Part shown: positions 10,055-23,500 of the stretch, piece by piece | How the letters are laid out: each line of letters starts with the position of its first letter | Numbering within the stretch: the first letter of the stretch is position 1 | NCBI GenBank assembly: GCA_964035545.1 | Contig: OZ037765.1 | Coordinates: 8,938,698 to 9,002,697 of the forward strand | Length of the DNA: 64,000 nucleotides | Direction of reading: 5' to 3' | Source of the DNA: Bugula neritina | Lineage: Eukaryota; Animalia; Bryozoa | Made by a program: the position numbers and the translations under genes | The notes under the pieces: model-generated | What the model saw: the letters and a program-made list of their open reading frames with translations, nothing else | Told to the model about the DNA's origin: nothing | The model's database searches: none

Positions 10055-11919
10055 GGGTCATTCCACACCAACTCAACAAGGTTTTTGAGGATTTTCACGG
10101 ACAGCTGCTCCGTCAGAGAATTAATGAATTTTTTTCAAGTGGGAGACAATTTCTCTACTAGATTCAAGACTGTTTTCTAAATCATCCTGATGGAAACAGT
10201 GTCATGTTGCAAACAGTTACTTTTTATACAAAGGCAGTAATTAGGTTTAACCTCCAAGATCTACAGGATATGCCACAAAGCGATTTACAGCAGCTTAGGA
10301 ATTTTCCCAGTAAAACTACTGCACCACATTGTAACAATTAGTCCTTTGAAACCAAGAACTATCAGGCCATAGCATCTAATGTCTATGCACCTAAATATGT
10401 AAACTTCATTATTTACATAATATTTTCTGGTTTAGCAAAAAATTGAGAGTTTTTTGTCTAATTTAATATATACGTAATTGAAGAAACAATTGCTAAAGCC
10501 AGCATTTCTTCTTCACTCCATCCTTCACGCACTCATCCACACCCTCAGCCACCCATCATCTCTTACCTTCTTCCGGTAAAATTCCACACACACACACACC
10601 CACCCTGTAAGAAACCTGCTCTTTCAGTTTGACTGGCTTGCTAATAATAAAATACATTTTGGCAGTATGCTTCGTGAAGGTATCTCTACTTGATTAATTT
10701 ACAGGTCGGAGCAGGTGATAATTGTTTGGTAAAAGAAAAAAAGATATGTATGTGTGTGTGTGCATGCGTGTGTGTCTATGTATGTATGTAGGAGTGCATC
10801 AGGAGTGGTGCATGGGAGCAAGTGAGGGGGTACAAATGAAAGGGCAGAAAATAATGAGAAATATACTGCATGAAAGCATGGCACCCATCAAGTGGCAGCA
10901 TGACAAAATACATTAATTTAGTCGAATATTTACTCATGAGAAAACATGCAAACATTGATTCTTTGAGAAGTAAAAATGTATACATATAAACCCACAAGTG
11001 ATATAATTGTAATAATGTTCTTTTTTTATTTACTAGATTAAAATCTATATTGTGCTTTTAAATTCAAACAGTTTACGATATTTTTAAAGTGAACCCAGTT
11101 CAATAAATCTTATGAAGTATAATAATGATTAATGATATCCAAATTAAACTTGAATGTTGCGAAAATGATTGCGCAGATAATATGTAAACAATTTTGGTAT
11201 TTTTATGACTTTATGCATGTTTCAGCAACTGTATAAACTATATATAAGTGTAGTTTTAAATATAGGCAAAAATCAAAATAACGTCATTAACTTCAACATC
11301 TTTAAAATGCATCATTTTTAAAAAAACTCATTTATGCCCACATTGAGTTTTCTCCTCATGAAATAGTACATAATTTCAAAATTTTAGGATTTCAACATGC
11401 AATTGTGATGAAATTTATGCCAGTAAAAAGCTGAAACTTTTCTAATGTGGTATATATAATATAGTTTTTAGGCCCTTGCTAATACTATCAAGATCATAGC
11501 TGTTTGTAAAAAGTGAGTTTTAAGTGCCGGAAAATTGACGATTTTGAAAAATTACCAAATTTTTGACCTAAAAACGTAATACAACAGAAAATTTTTGTCA
11601 ACACTTATGGCAGATTTAAGCTTTAACTTGAATAAAATCATGTAGAACTTTCATCCATAAAAGTATGAAAGGTCTGTCTTGAATCGTCTCCGAGATATAA
11701 ATCAGTGAAGTTGACCTCCGGTACCGAAACTTATGAGAAAAGTACCAATTTTTTATCAACCTTTGCTCACAAAAAGTGCCACAACTACAAAAATATTAGG
11801 AATTAAGGGCTAATATTTGACAATTTTTCATTTGACATGATCTGGGATACCATACTTGAATCTCAAAAAATTCTGAGATGGGTCGGTTTTGGCCTTGTTG
11901 AGTTGGCGTGGAATGACCC
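10055..11919. mobile_element. Non-autonomous TIR DNA transposon with TTAA target site (Kolobok- or Sola-like)
   Basis: 27-bp TIRs GGGTCATTCCAC(A/G)CCAACTCAACAAGG; flanks TTAA and TTGA; paralogous intron copies show the empty site GAACTTAATT. Confidence 0.88.
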
Positions 11920-11979
11920 TTGATTACTTTAAGTTTTGAAAATGTTCCTAAAACTGCATCAGGTTTGTTTCTGGTTTAG

Positions 11980-12745
11980 TTAAGCGAGTTCGCTGAGCAA
12001 GCATTTACAGACTCTTTTGATCTGTACACCAATGATGACCCTCAAAGTTTGGTAGACCTTGTGCAGCGGGTATTCTCTTGCTGCGGAGTCAACTCTTATG
12101 CTGATTACTTAAACAAAAGTGTGCAGATACCTGCCAGCTGTAAATCTGGCAATACCACTGATGTCACTGAATTAGAGGGTTGTAGTGTCGCTTTGCCAGA
12201 GAAGCTAGATAAGAAAGTTATTATTACTGGTGGGGTTGCCCTGGGGGCTGGGGCTACTATGGTAAGCATCTGGTTGAGTGATGTAATAATGTTAACATAT
12301 TATAGTGGTATGTAGATTTGAATAGTATCTCAAATAGGATGATTTATTGTGTAAGCCAGCCAGCTACAATACCTGCTAATCTTCCATTACTGCTGAAACT
12401 ACTTTTCTGTTGGCAACTGCAACCTGCAATATTTGGGTGTAAGAATGTAGCATTTTAAGATTTAAATGGCAACTTATATATATTTAGCAATCTCAACAGC
12501 TCTGAAGAGTTATTACACTTGGTGTAACTTACTTGAAAAGATTGAATATTTGCAATGACCTGTGGAGTTGCCTACACCTTGTTTGAAACTCTGTGTATTT
12601 TTTGATGAGATGTTTCACAGTAACAATTTTTCTTATACCATTAATTAAAGGGAATTATATATTTTGTATTTTACAGCTCATTGGCTTGGTGTTCTCCATG
12701 ATGTTATGCTGTGCCATTAGAAATCAGAATCTGTAATACTACTAA
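11980..12745 (+). CDS. Tetraspanin EC2 exon copy C (11980-12261) plus terminal exon (12678-12745, LIGLVFSMMLCCAIRNQNL*)
   Basis: tttag|TTA ... ATG|gtaagc, 282 bp open; tacag|CTC ATT GGC... encodes the TM4 end with CC, stop TAA at 12735-12737; 5' exons not found in the window. Confidence 0.85.
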
Positions 12746-15700
12746 AATTGGATCATGTTACCCTGTATTCCTAATTAATGGCTCTATAGTAGACTAGTTG
12801 GTAATTTCACTATTTCTTTCATGTAAATCATACTTTAGGATACTAGGTATAATTTGTAATGTTGTTGCATTCATATGCTATTGCATATATGATTTATTTT
12901 GCATTTTCTATATATTATCTTTATTGCTAAATGTTGTAAAATCATTATGGCAAAAACTTATTTTTACACCAGCAGTTAATTTACTTTGCTAGAATATTTT
13001 TAATGACGTTTTCGCTTAGATTTACTTCATACATACATGCTTTTTACTTAATACAGGGCTTTTAAAAAGTAAACTATTTTACTTCTTGTTTGAAAAGGAT
13101 TCTGTTCAAATTACCTGAATTAAATGCCTTGTAAAAGTTGAGTAGAAAACAAGTTTACATATTACATTTTAATATGTATTCATAATTAAAATTTACCAAT
13201 AAAATAGTAAAGCACAACTTTCACCTTCAGTGTAAGTATTATCAACATGGTAACTAAAAAGTAAGTAAAAATAAAGCTAGATTATTTGGTAAGCTGAAAA
13301 AGCACCAAGTGTTGGTTAAGGCAGCATAAATATGACATGATTGTATATCACACTGCACCTCAAATAAGCAGACAGGATTAGATTAAAGTGTACACTAATT
13401 TACTAATCATTTAATAAATGATAAAATATGAATAGTGAAAACACATAACATGCATAAACAAGGCTAACCCTAAGAAAGCAAAATGACTATTTTGTCTCGA
13501 AGTAAGTTATTAAAACATTTCCAAACTTGAGTCATATTGGACTTAAGTATAGTTACCAAAGATACAGGAACCAAGAATAGACATAGTAATCAATGCATAT
13601 AGTGTAGAACTGTAGATAATGCTGTTTCCAGATGAACTCTTGTTTTCTTGAAAGTTCTTAGGTTGGCTACAGAATGGTGAGCTTATAATCATCACCAACC
13701 CAGCTCACTTCACATGATAACTTAGCGAATTGTTATTTCGTTTCAGATAATGCTGTATTGTAGCTACTGATGTTGGGTGCTTTGGCTTCATCTGACATTG
13801 AAAAAAGGATTAAAGACGTTCAGCAATTTTGTTTACATTGATGATTTAAGCTGATTCAAATTCAATTATTAGTATATAACTCATGTTCATGAATGTAGGC
13901 AGAAAATGTATTATAAATTAGTACCTATATTCGTGGTATTTCAAACTACAAGTAGTGACATGGTTTGGTTTCAACTCTCCTCTGCTAATTTCAGCAATCA
14001 AGTCACATTTACTCACTTCTCCTACCTTACTGCCCAATGCTGCCACTTTATCATGGCTACTTGATGACTTCCATCGATTATGTGCTTTTCAAGACATCTC
14101 AATAAATCGTCAGCGTATTCTGAATAATATAATACATATCATGTAAGTTTACAATAACTAGTGACGAATGGCTCTATAATCAGCTCTTAGTTGGAGATGG
14201 TTGAGTGCAGTAGCAATTGCTAAGTAAAGTGTGCCAGAGATTCTCTAAGTTTCCATATACATGTTTTCACCATACCCAGTGTAGCCTTTCAGAAGTGACA
14301 TTATTAATCCAGTGATTATGCCCCAAGCCAAGGAGCAAAGCCTTACAGAATTATGCATTTCTATTGGACGAAACAGTGTTGAGCCGCGACCTAATTTGAA
14401 AACTGGGTAAAATTGAAAATAAACTGAAAATTTGTACTTTTGTACTGCTTGATATATTTGCTGAAATTGAACTGATTATAGCACAAAATTATTCCTCTAG
14501 ATAACGTTATGATTGGCCAGCTAAATGAAAGTTCATATTATATTATTTGCATTGCTTAAATTGCCTAAATTTCGCGAATTTTGATTTTACCAGCTTGGCT
14601 AGTTTGTTTGGTAGTTCACCTATGGGTAGTTTTAACTGAGTTGATGCATATTGCAGACTTTTCAGGTTTAGAAAACCCAAAACATCTCATGGTCATTTTT
14701 TTGTTAAAAGGGATTACAATGAGCTCGACATGTTTTACTAACGAACAAGCCAGGTAACGATCATTAGTCCCAAATTTGCTTTTATAGACTCAATTGGTTT
14801 TTGCAGTGATCAGTTTCAACAAAAAACTGCAATGTTCATCAATGCAAATATGGAAACAATTCAAAATTAACATAGGCAAACTTAAGGTAATCTTACAACT
14901 TGGTGAATTAGTAAATCAAATGATGTCTCAATCACAAAGATGTTTTATAATATAAAAATTAATGAGTTATTGCATGCGAGCCTTATTTGTGATACTGATG
15001 TTGGCAATATTATTGTTAATTATATTGTCCATATATTGAGCAGTTTTAACTTAATTGTTGAGTTTGAGGATATAAATAGATAACTGTATATAATGACAAT
15101 GATTGCTATGTCAAAAAGACCATCATTTTTATTAAATGACTTTCATTGTTTTTTATGATAATGACAATCAGTCCAGTATAAGTGTTGTACCATGATCTCA
15201 TGTTTAATTTGATGTTAAACATTATTGAAATTCCTAAAGTATTATAGTATCTTTAGGCACAAAAATATGTGACATCATACATATAATTTAATAAATCAAG
15301 TATAAAGGTAAAAGTAAGAATGAAATAAGCTCAACCAATTAACATTAAGCCCGATTCCTGTTTTCACAAAGCTAAGTATCTCCCATGGCGGCAGCATTAC
15401 TTTAAAAAGAAACAGCACCACAATGGACGCTGAAAACATACAAGCAGCTTCTGTAGAAGCTGCAGTGTCTCAGGGTACACCCAATGAACAGCCTCCAGGT
15501 GAGGCTGTCCTTGATTCAAATAATGAGACCAGTTCTCAAAAAGTCAAAAGTAGATCACATCACATATTATCCAGATTATATGAGAAGTCGGTGAAGTTCC
15601 AGAGAGCATTGCTACTATACACAGTAGGTGATAGTGCAGCTAGATTTGTAAAATTATGTGCAAGGTATGAGGAAAATCAAAATCCTCGAGTCCTTATTGT

Positions 15701-16719
15701 ATTGATTTAATCAAATTGAAATTGAGACTGGTTTTTTTCATTGGTTAAAATTGTTCAAGTGGGTGGTTTGCAGCATAAATTGCGTAATATTGTTGGCACT
15801 GGGAAACTTTTTCACCATTTATACACAAATTGAAATGAAACATGTTTTAAAAGGTGTTCTCTGCCCTACTTTTTCAGCAGCTTCCCTGGGTTCATGGCTG
15901 TGTATGGTTATAACTACTATTGCACTCATCAGTTATTGTCGTATAAAGACTTGCTATCATGGAGCACAAAGTCATTCTTTACTTCTATAATGTCTACTGT
16001 CTTAGCATTACACCTCTACTAGTTCATAAATATGATATTTTATTCATTATTGTATCTGGTTTCATGAATTGCGATTTCGGATTTCACCTGTTCTTTTCTG
16101 GCTACTCTTTTCTCCTGAAAAGACAATGCCTCAAATTGACCTTCTAGTCACTGAACAAACTCATGCATGTTAATGATAGTCGCTATATTTACTGCAATGT
16201 ATAGAATAGTATAAAGAAAGCCACTGACCAGAGACATCAGCCCTGCTGCCGCATATTCATATGTTTTTCCAGTTTAGTGAAGCAGACTACTAGTTGAATA
16301 TTTAAATTTAACTATATAATATAATATGTTGGACTGTTCTAAAGTAGTTAAATATGCACACATTTCCCAAATGTTGCTAGCTGTGATCAGACTTTTGATA
16401 TCATAATAAAATGATCATATAGACCAACCTGTTGGTCACCAGCATATACAGGTATAACACAGTAACATGCAATTAACAAAAAATCAGTTGTAAAGTTTCA
16501 TCTGGTAGTTCTTAGTATATATCTCATCAGACTGAGTCAACTAAGCCAATCAAATGGCACTGAATGGCCTAGCAGCTCAGATATGCAACTGAATGAGATG
16601 CAATGTTACTGCGACCACACACACGCACGCACGCACACACACAAACATATATATATATAATGTATTATCATACAATAGTCCTAAAATATGTTTCTGTAAA
16701 ATCATGTTATTGTTGTAGC

Positions 16720-18985
16720 TGATTGGTTGCGTACTGGTAGGAATTGGAATATGGATGCTCGTGGGCCAGAACTCTGACAGTCTCCTTAGCCAGCTTCAGA
16801 GTACCAGTAGTGAATCTCAGCCTTCTGATTTCCCAGAGCATGTTGGAATCGTGCTGATCGTTGTTGGAGTACTCCTCGTGGTTGTGGGTTTTTTTGGCTG
16901 CTGTGGAGCAATTAGAGAGAGTAAAATCCGCCTCGTGCTGGTAGGCTATTCGCCATGTTTAAACTTGAATCAGTGAGGTAGGTGCAGTAATGGAAAAATT
17001 GGGAACAGCCTCTGTTCTAGAGTAGAAATATTGCAAAAGATGTCAGTAGTATTGGTAACAGTGGTAATAGTACCAGTACTAGTAGTACTACTATTATTGC
17101 CAATATGCCACTACCACTACCAAACCCACTACTACTACTACTACTGCTATTGCATATAGACGCCTCAGTCTGAAAATACTTAGTCAGTTTTAGGCATGGT
17201 AATTTTATCAACTACTCATCTTAGCTATGAAAATATATTTTATGCAGGTAAAAAGTAATAATAATGTGAGGTTATCAAATCCTTGTAATCCTGTGGTTAG
17301 TGGTACAGCAAACCATGCAAAATAATAATTTGTACAGTTCTACAAGTCAAACTGACGAGGAAGGCAAGATTTCAGCACATAGTTTTGCTACAAAATGGCA
17401 ATGAGCAGAGCTTGTTGATAAAGAATCACTTTTTACGTATTGAAATGCACATTTCTTGAGTGAAATTCAGAAAAGTTTCCAATGTTTTTAACCTTTAATT
17501 ATCTTCAATTTTAAGCATTAGAAAATTGCAAAAGCCAGTTTTTCAACCTTTTGAGTGGAGAAATCTGACTTTGTAAGGGAATAACTTTAAGTTGCTGTTT
17601 TATATTTATATACTTACTGGCTGGCAGAATATCCAATTATTTGAATTTTTTACTCTTATTAAATAAACAATATAAAATGCTTGCATATATGTAATAGCCT
17701 AAAGCTAATGCCCGAATTAAATTGTTTGCCACTATATATCTATTTTACTATTAATTTAATTTTAAAATTGCCTTTTCAAAGCATAAAATAAAATTTATTT
17801 GCAGGATGTAAATACAGCTAGTTGTGGGTGTAGTGTGTTCATCACTTGTATATTTATACACTGTCTTGCTATGAATACTTGCTTCATGACTTAATTCTCA
17901 TCTCACTAAAGCTAGTTGTGGCTGTTGTAGATGGAAGACTACCCAAGTTATAAGATTATTTTAACATTTTTATTTTGTAGTTTTTCATAAGCATGCTGAT
18001 TTTCTTCCTGGCCCTGGTTGCTGGAGGTGTCGCCTGCTTAGCCTACAAAAGTGAGGTGAGTGAATCTACATGTTAAAAGAGACTGCCTGTACTTAGTATG
18101 TGAAGCTTTACTTTTACTGCGTTCCTTGTTGAATTATTTTTGAGTGCATATTACTAAAAAAACTTAATTTCTTTAAGCTTTGAAAATATTCCTAAAACTG
18201 CATCAAGTTTGTTTCTGGATTAGTTTCCTGAGATCGCAGTGCAAGCATTTCAAGACTCTTTTGATCTGTACACGGATGACGACCCTCAAAGTTTGGTCGA
18301 CCTTGTGCAGCGAATTTTTTCTTGCTGTGGAGTCAACTCTTTTACTGATTACATAGACAAAGGTGTGGAGATATCTTTCAGCTGCAAACTTGACAATACC
18401 ACTGATGTGACTGAATTAGAGGGTTGTAGTGTCGTTGTGCTAGAGAAGCTAAATGAGAAGTTTGTTATTATTACTGGTGGGGTTGCCCTAGGGGCTGGGG
18501 CTGCTATGGTAAGCATCTGGTTATGTGATGTAATAATGTTAACATATTATAGTGGTATGTAGATTTGAATAGTATCTCAAATAGGATGATTTATTGTGTA
18601 AGCCAGCCAGCTATAATACCTGCTGATCTTCCATTACTGCTGAAACTACTTTTCTGTTAGCAACTGCAACCTGCAATATTTGGGTGCAAGAATATGGCAT
18701 TTTGAAATTTAAATGGCAACTTATATATATTTAGCAATTTCAATAGCTCTGAAGAGTTATTACACTCAGTGTCATTTACTTGAAAAGATTGAATATTTGC
18801 AATGACTTGTGGAGTTGCCTACACCTTGTTTGAAACTCTGTGCATTTTGTGATGAGATATTATACAGTCACAATTTTTCTCATATACCATTAATTAAAGG
18901 GAATTATTTATTTTGTATTTTACAGCTCATTGGCTTGGTGTTCTCCATGATGTTATGCTGTGCCATTAGAAATCAGAATCTGTAA
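16720..18985 (+). CDS. Tetraspanin gene (exons 16720-16940, 17981-18055, 18224-18508, 18926-18985; first coding exon uncertain)
   Basis: Spliced product LIGCVLVGIGIWM...GFFGCCGAIRES...FFISMLIFF...YKSE...FSCCG...LCCAIR; canonical GT-AG phase-0 junctions (exon edges +/-1 nt by hand count). Confidence 0.88.
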
Positions 18986-19765
18986 TACTACTAAAATTGG
19001 ATCATGTTACCCTGTATTCCTAATTAATGGTTTAAAATTTAAATTGACGCAGTTTAACTTAGTAGTTATTCTAGTCACAGTTTATACACCCTTAATGATT
19101 GCATGCTCTATAGCAGACTAGTTGGTAATTTCACTATTTCTTTCATGTAAATCATACTTTAGAATACTAGGTATAATTTCATGCTGGAAATGTTAATCAT
19201 AATAATTTGTAATGTTGTTGCATTCATATGCTATTGCAAAAAAACTTTTTTTTACACCAGTACCTAATTTACTTTGCTAGAATATTTACAATGACTTTTT
19301 GGCTTTGATCTATTACATACATACATGTTTTTTACTTAATACAGGGCTTTTAAAAAGTAAACTATGTTACTTCTTGTTTGAAGAGCATTCTGTCCAAGTT
19401 ACCTGAATTGCCTTGTAAAAATTGAGTAGAAAGCAAGTTTACATATTACATTTTAATATAATGTATTCATAATTAAAATTTCACAATAAAATAGTAAAGC
19501 ACAACTTTCACCTTCAGTGTAAGTATTATCAACATGGTAACTAAAAAGTAAGTATAAATAAAGCTAGATTATTCGGTAGGCTGAAAAAGCACCAAGTGTT
19601 TGTAAAGGCAGCATAAATATGACATGATTGTATATCACACTGCACCTTAAATAAGTAGACAAGATTTAAGTGTACACTAATTTACTAACCATTTATAAAA
19701 TGATAAAATATGAGTAGGGAAAACACATAACATAAACAAACCTAACCCTAGGAAAGCAAAATGAC
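18074..19765 (+). repeat. Segmental duplicate of 9958-13488 (without the transposon): intron, EC2 exon, last exon and 3' UTR
   Basis: Long near-identical runs, including an identical terminal exon and 3' UTR up to GAAAGCAAAATGAC. Confidence 0.9.
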
Positions 19766-19947
19766 GATGTTTTATGCAGACATTCATTCACTTGAGTATA
19801 TAAAAACAATCATAATCTATGAACAACTAATTTACCCTGAAATCCCATGTATTTTTGTGTGAAACAGCAGACCTAATCAAGCTATCGTGGAGACTAGCTA
19901 GCCGTTCATTCAAAGTATGAAATCTTGTGAACAAGTAAAACATGTGA

Positions 19948-22471
19948 TTAAAACTCATCGTGAGTTTTGGTGAGAGCCTCCCCAAAGTCCGTGGCTTGAC
20001 TCCCAACAAACAAATCATATTTGTCTAAGATTTCTTTCTTTGTAAGCTGCCCATCCTGAAATTATAAAAACTATCATTTAAAGCATCTTGCACAGAGTCT
20101 CCCAAAACTGCAAGTGTACAATTCAATAAATGTGAGAGTCAGAGTTGCACATGGTGTGATGTATCTAAAGTACAAAAGAAGACAAAAAATTTTGCCACAG
20201 GTTGAATATTGATTCTTACTTTGTCAGCATCAGCCTCATAAATAAGATGCTTGCTTTCAGCCTGCGCGTGATCATAATCTTCAGGCATTATCCAGTGTCT
20301 CACTTCCTCTTTATCCATCTTTCCATCACCGTTCAAATCTCTGTACTTTGTGAAATGCTCTCTCTCGGTCTGTACCCATTCAGGTTCATTTTCACCCTCC
20401 TCTGGATACATATCACCTACACCAACACAAAACTGATAAGATGAAAGAGCAAAATCACTACAATTAACAGTTTTCTAAAAGGCTGTAGAGTGTAGATTAT
20501 CAATTAACATATGCATTTCAGAGTTGTGCACTCATACACGCGTTATGATGCATACCAATGTATTCAGTCTGGCTAACAAATCCATCCTTGTTTTTGTCAA
20601 TATCTTCAATGGTTTCCATAACAACGATGTCTCTCATATGCTCAGCATCTTCAGGGTGGAGAAAGTCAACAAACTCTCGCAATGATAAAACGCCATCATA
20701 ATTGACATCTGCCATTTTGAACCTTCTAGACTCTCGTTCTTTCATATCTGCATAGCCGAAGCTCTCCTCGTCACCCTCTGGAAAATCTAAAATAATCATC
20801 AGCATTTCAATTGCCAACGTAAATTTTACACAACTTTCACCTAGCTTGATTCGCCAAATTTTAGCAATTTTGATAATTTATATACTACTCACAACTTACA
20901 GACTAAAAAGTGATGTAGAAAATTAAGTTTTCTTCAATTGGCAATTGTTCTTAAGGTAGTAAATGAAAGTCAAGGAAAAAATGCAAACAGCATGTATTTC
21001 TCGCAATAGAAAAAAATTATTTAGAAAAGCCTATTGATTATATTTTATGTTGTATTATTTTGAACTCTAACAATTTCATTGGCTTGCAATATAAAGTTGA
21101 ATTTTGGTGATTTGTAAAAATATTTAATAGAATTAATGTTAATGAGTAGCTCAGCAGTACAGATAACTAATGAAATACTTGTTCTATTATTGAAAGTTAT
21201 TAGGAAAAACAAAACCGTAAGACTGCACCACCAACATGTTTCAATCAAGTCAGTTGGCAATATTGTAAAAGAACACCAGCCTTCATGATCTAAGAGCTGT
21301 TATATGAACAAGAGGGCTCTTATAGCCACCAATGTCTTTAAGGATACTATTGTTCAACATGAATGTGGGTCTCTAGTGTTGTACAAAATTGTGCTATACA
21401 AAAGTTGTGTTGGTAAACTCTAGCAGCCCCCAAGAGAAAAGTAGAGGATAACGATTTGAAGTTAGCTCGAACAAGCAAGACTTTTTCTATTCTTTGCCAG
21501 TAAATAGAATAGCAAAGACATGTTGAAGACTTACTCAACCCTATACACTTTCTAGAATAAAAGCTTTTTAATTTAATATTTTACTTTAATAAATGCCGGC
21601 AGAGTCGACACCATTTAAGATCTTATCAAGAGTATATCTTGTTACCTTCAGAATGTTCACCATACGTCCTGTTGGCGTACTCATCCCAGGATAATGTGTC
21701 TTGTTCAGATTTTCCATAGTTGCTCCACTGTCTTTGGGTATCGCTTGTAGTATAACTTTTCTGAATATATTTAATCCATGCAATCATCTCCTTTTCACTG
21801 ACAAAGCTATTTTTGTCTGTGTCAATTTTGTCTACAATAGCTCTGCAAAAGAATAAACTACATAAGGAAAAAAATTATGTTCCATGGTCAGCAAATGTTA
21901 CTAATTAAAATTTCTGATTCTTACAATAACCTAAATTTAGCTGTCAAAGTCTTTGTAAAATACTTTGAAATATCATTCATGTATATACCGTTATATAATG
22001 TAAAGAATTACATAATATTGCATGATGTAGAAATAAACTAGTTTACAAGACAAATGGCATTTGAAAGGCTATTGAAAACCATGCTTTTAAATGTAAATAC
22101 TGTGACTAAATGTTGAAATGCATACCCTAGTTTGTTTTTACTTTCTTCAGGGGAAAGTTCATCAAACTCATGAGCTTCCTCTTTGCCTAAAAATGCCTCA
22201 TGATCATAGTCAGGGTTATGTTGACTATCTCCATTGTGATCTACATCACTGAGCTCCTGCAACAATTGCATGTTGATTGCGTCCAACAATTCAAATACTT
22301 TTATAACTATTCTCAGGTCTATTTCATTCTTTGAATTGAACAAACACATTCAGCTAACAATAATCGCACCTTTTCTTTAGTTCGTTTATCATGCTCTTGA
22401 TTTCTGATTGCAGAAGATGCTACGCAAAGAATACAGCAGGCCCCAATAAATGCTGCGAGAGAAGTCTTCAT
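19948..22471 (-). CDS. CALU: Calumenin (CREC family EF-hand ER protein); exons 22471-22370, 22256-22126, 21842-21646, 20777-20556, 20416-20220, 20055-19948
   Basis: Signal peptide, [23 protein letters not shown], multiple EF hands, [14 protein letters not shown]-terminal HDEF; all introns GT-AG and in frame. Confidence 0.93.
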
Positions 22472-22860
22472 TTTTTGAAAGCTAGGTGTCTAAAACTAAC
22501 AACAGATTTGATTAATAAAACCTGCTCATAATTGTTATATATTTTGTTATGAAAGTAGGTAAAAAACAAATACTTGGCAGCTAATACTTGTTGTGCAAGT
22601 ATCAGAGTTGAGCAATAGTGACTTAAAAATAACATTATCCATGATAAAAACCAACATTTCATGTGTTTAGCAGCAGAAGAAATGCAACAGCTAAAATGCG
22701 CTTTTCTATTATTTAAAAATGTGAACAAGTGGATCAGTTATTGTGAAAAATAAAACCAATGATACAATTACAAATTGAAAAAAACAAAGTTTCTACTGTA
22801 AAATAATATTGATCTTCAAAATAAAAACAGATTTCCTACAGTTCAAATCATTTTCTAACA

Positions 22861-22869
22861 CGCACACAT

Positions 22870-22945
<76 letters not shown>
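22861..22945. repeat. (CA)n/(TA)n microsatellite
   Basis: Direct reading. Confidence 0.95.
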
Positions 22946-22948
<3 letters not shown>

Positions 22949-23065
22949 GGTTGGGGTCAATTACATGTAAATGTAATTAATTACAATTACAATGACATGA
23001 AGATTTGTCAATTACAATTATAATTACAGTTAAAAAGTAATGTAATTAATTACAATTACTTTTGT
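22946..23065. mobile_element. hAT-like MITE end (CAGGGTTGGG with AATTAC subterminal repeats)
   Basis: CAGGG terminus next to (TA)n, followed by many AATTAC/GTAATT motifs; the partner end was not found. Confidence 0.5.
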
Positions 23066-23163
23066 TCTCACAAGCAGTAAATAGAAGTTATACAATGTCA
23101 CTTCTAGGGTCCAACTACCAGGGGCAATGGTAAACCTTCTTTTTTCTCAACAGTGACACTATA

Positions 23164-23500
23164 GGGTCTTTCCATGCCAATTCAGCCAAATTTTAAGGGT
23201 CCCACGCCTTTTTGGTCTTAGATTTTGCTCATATTTACACCAAATGGACCTACACATGTCTGGAGTACTATTCGTCAATATTTCTTGCCTGACATAAAAA
23301 CTTTTTGAGAAATGACTACTTTTGTGAACAAAAGTTGGGAAATATTTTGAGGAAAATTTGTGATTTATACTTTTAGACTATTTATAAACGCCTATATCTC
23401 CATCATTTTTCTAGACGAAGCCTTAAAATTTGATGTGACGAATATTTGAAATTTTTCAAAATTTACAACAATTTTATCATATGCAATGGCTTATCATAGA
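23164..23500. mobile_element. One end of a DNA transposon related to the 10055-11919 element
   Basis: GGGTCTTTCCATGCCAATTCAGC resembles the TIR GGGTCATTCCACGCCAACTCAAC; right boundary unknown. Confidence 0.45.

Noticed and set aside
10699-10997. Short ORFs inside the TTAA transposon
   Set aside because: Derived from (CA)/(TG)-rich low-complexity sequence; no transposase motifs.
13600-15710. Coding-looking patches, including ORF 15423-15710 and a piggyBac-like phrase near 14200-14340 (minus)
   Set aside because: No motif I can identify with confidence; may be transposon or gene remnants and needs a homology search.
16495-16530. Other CTGATGA hammerhead-like cores (16524 minus, 26419, 54020, 57905 minus)
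   Set aside because: Lack a properly paired stem II followed by GAAA and stems I/III.
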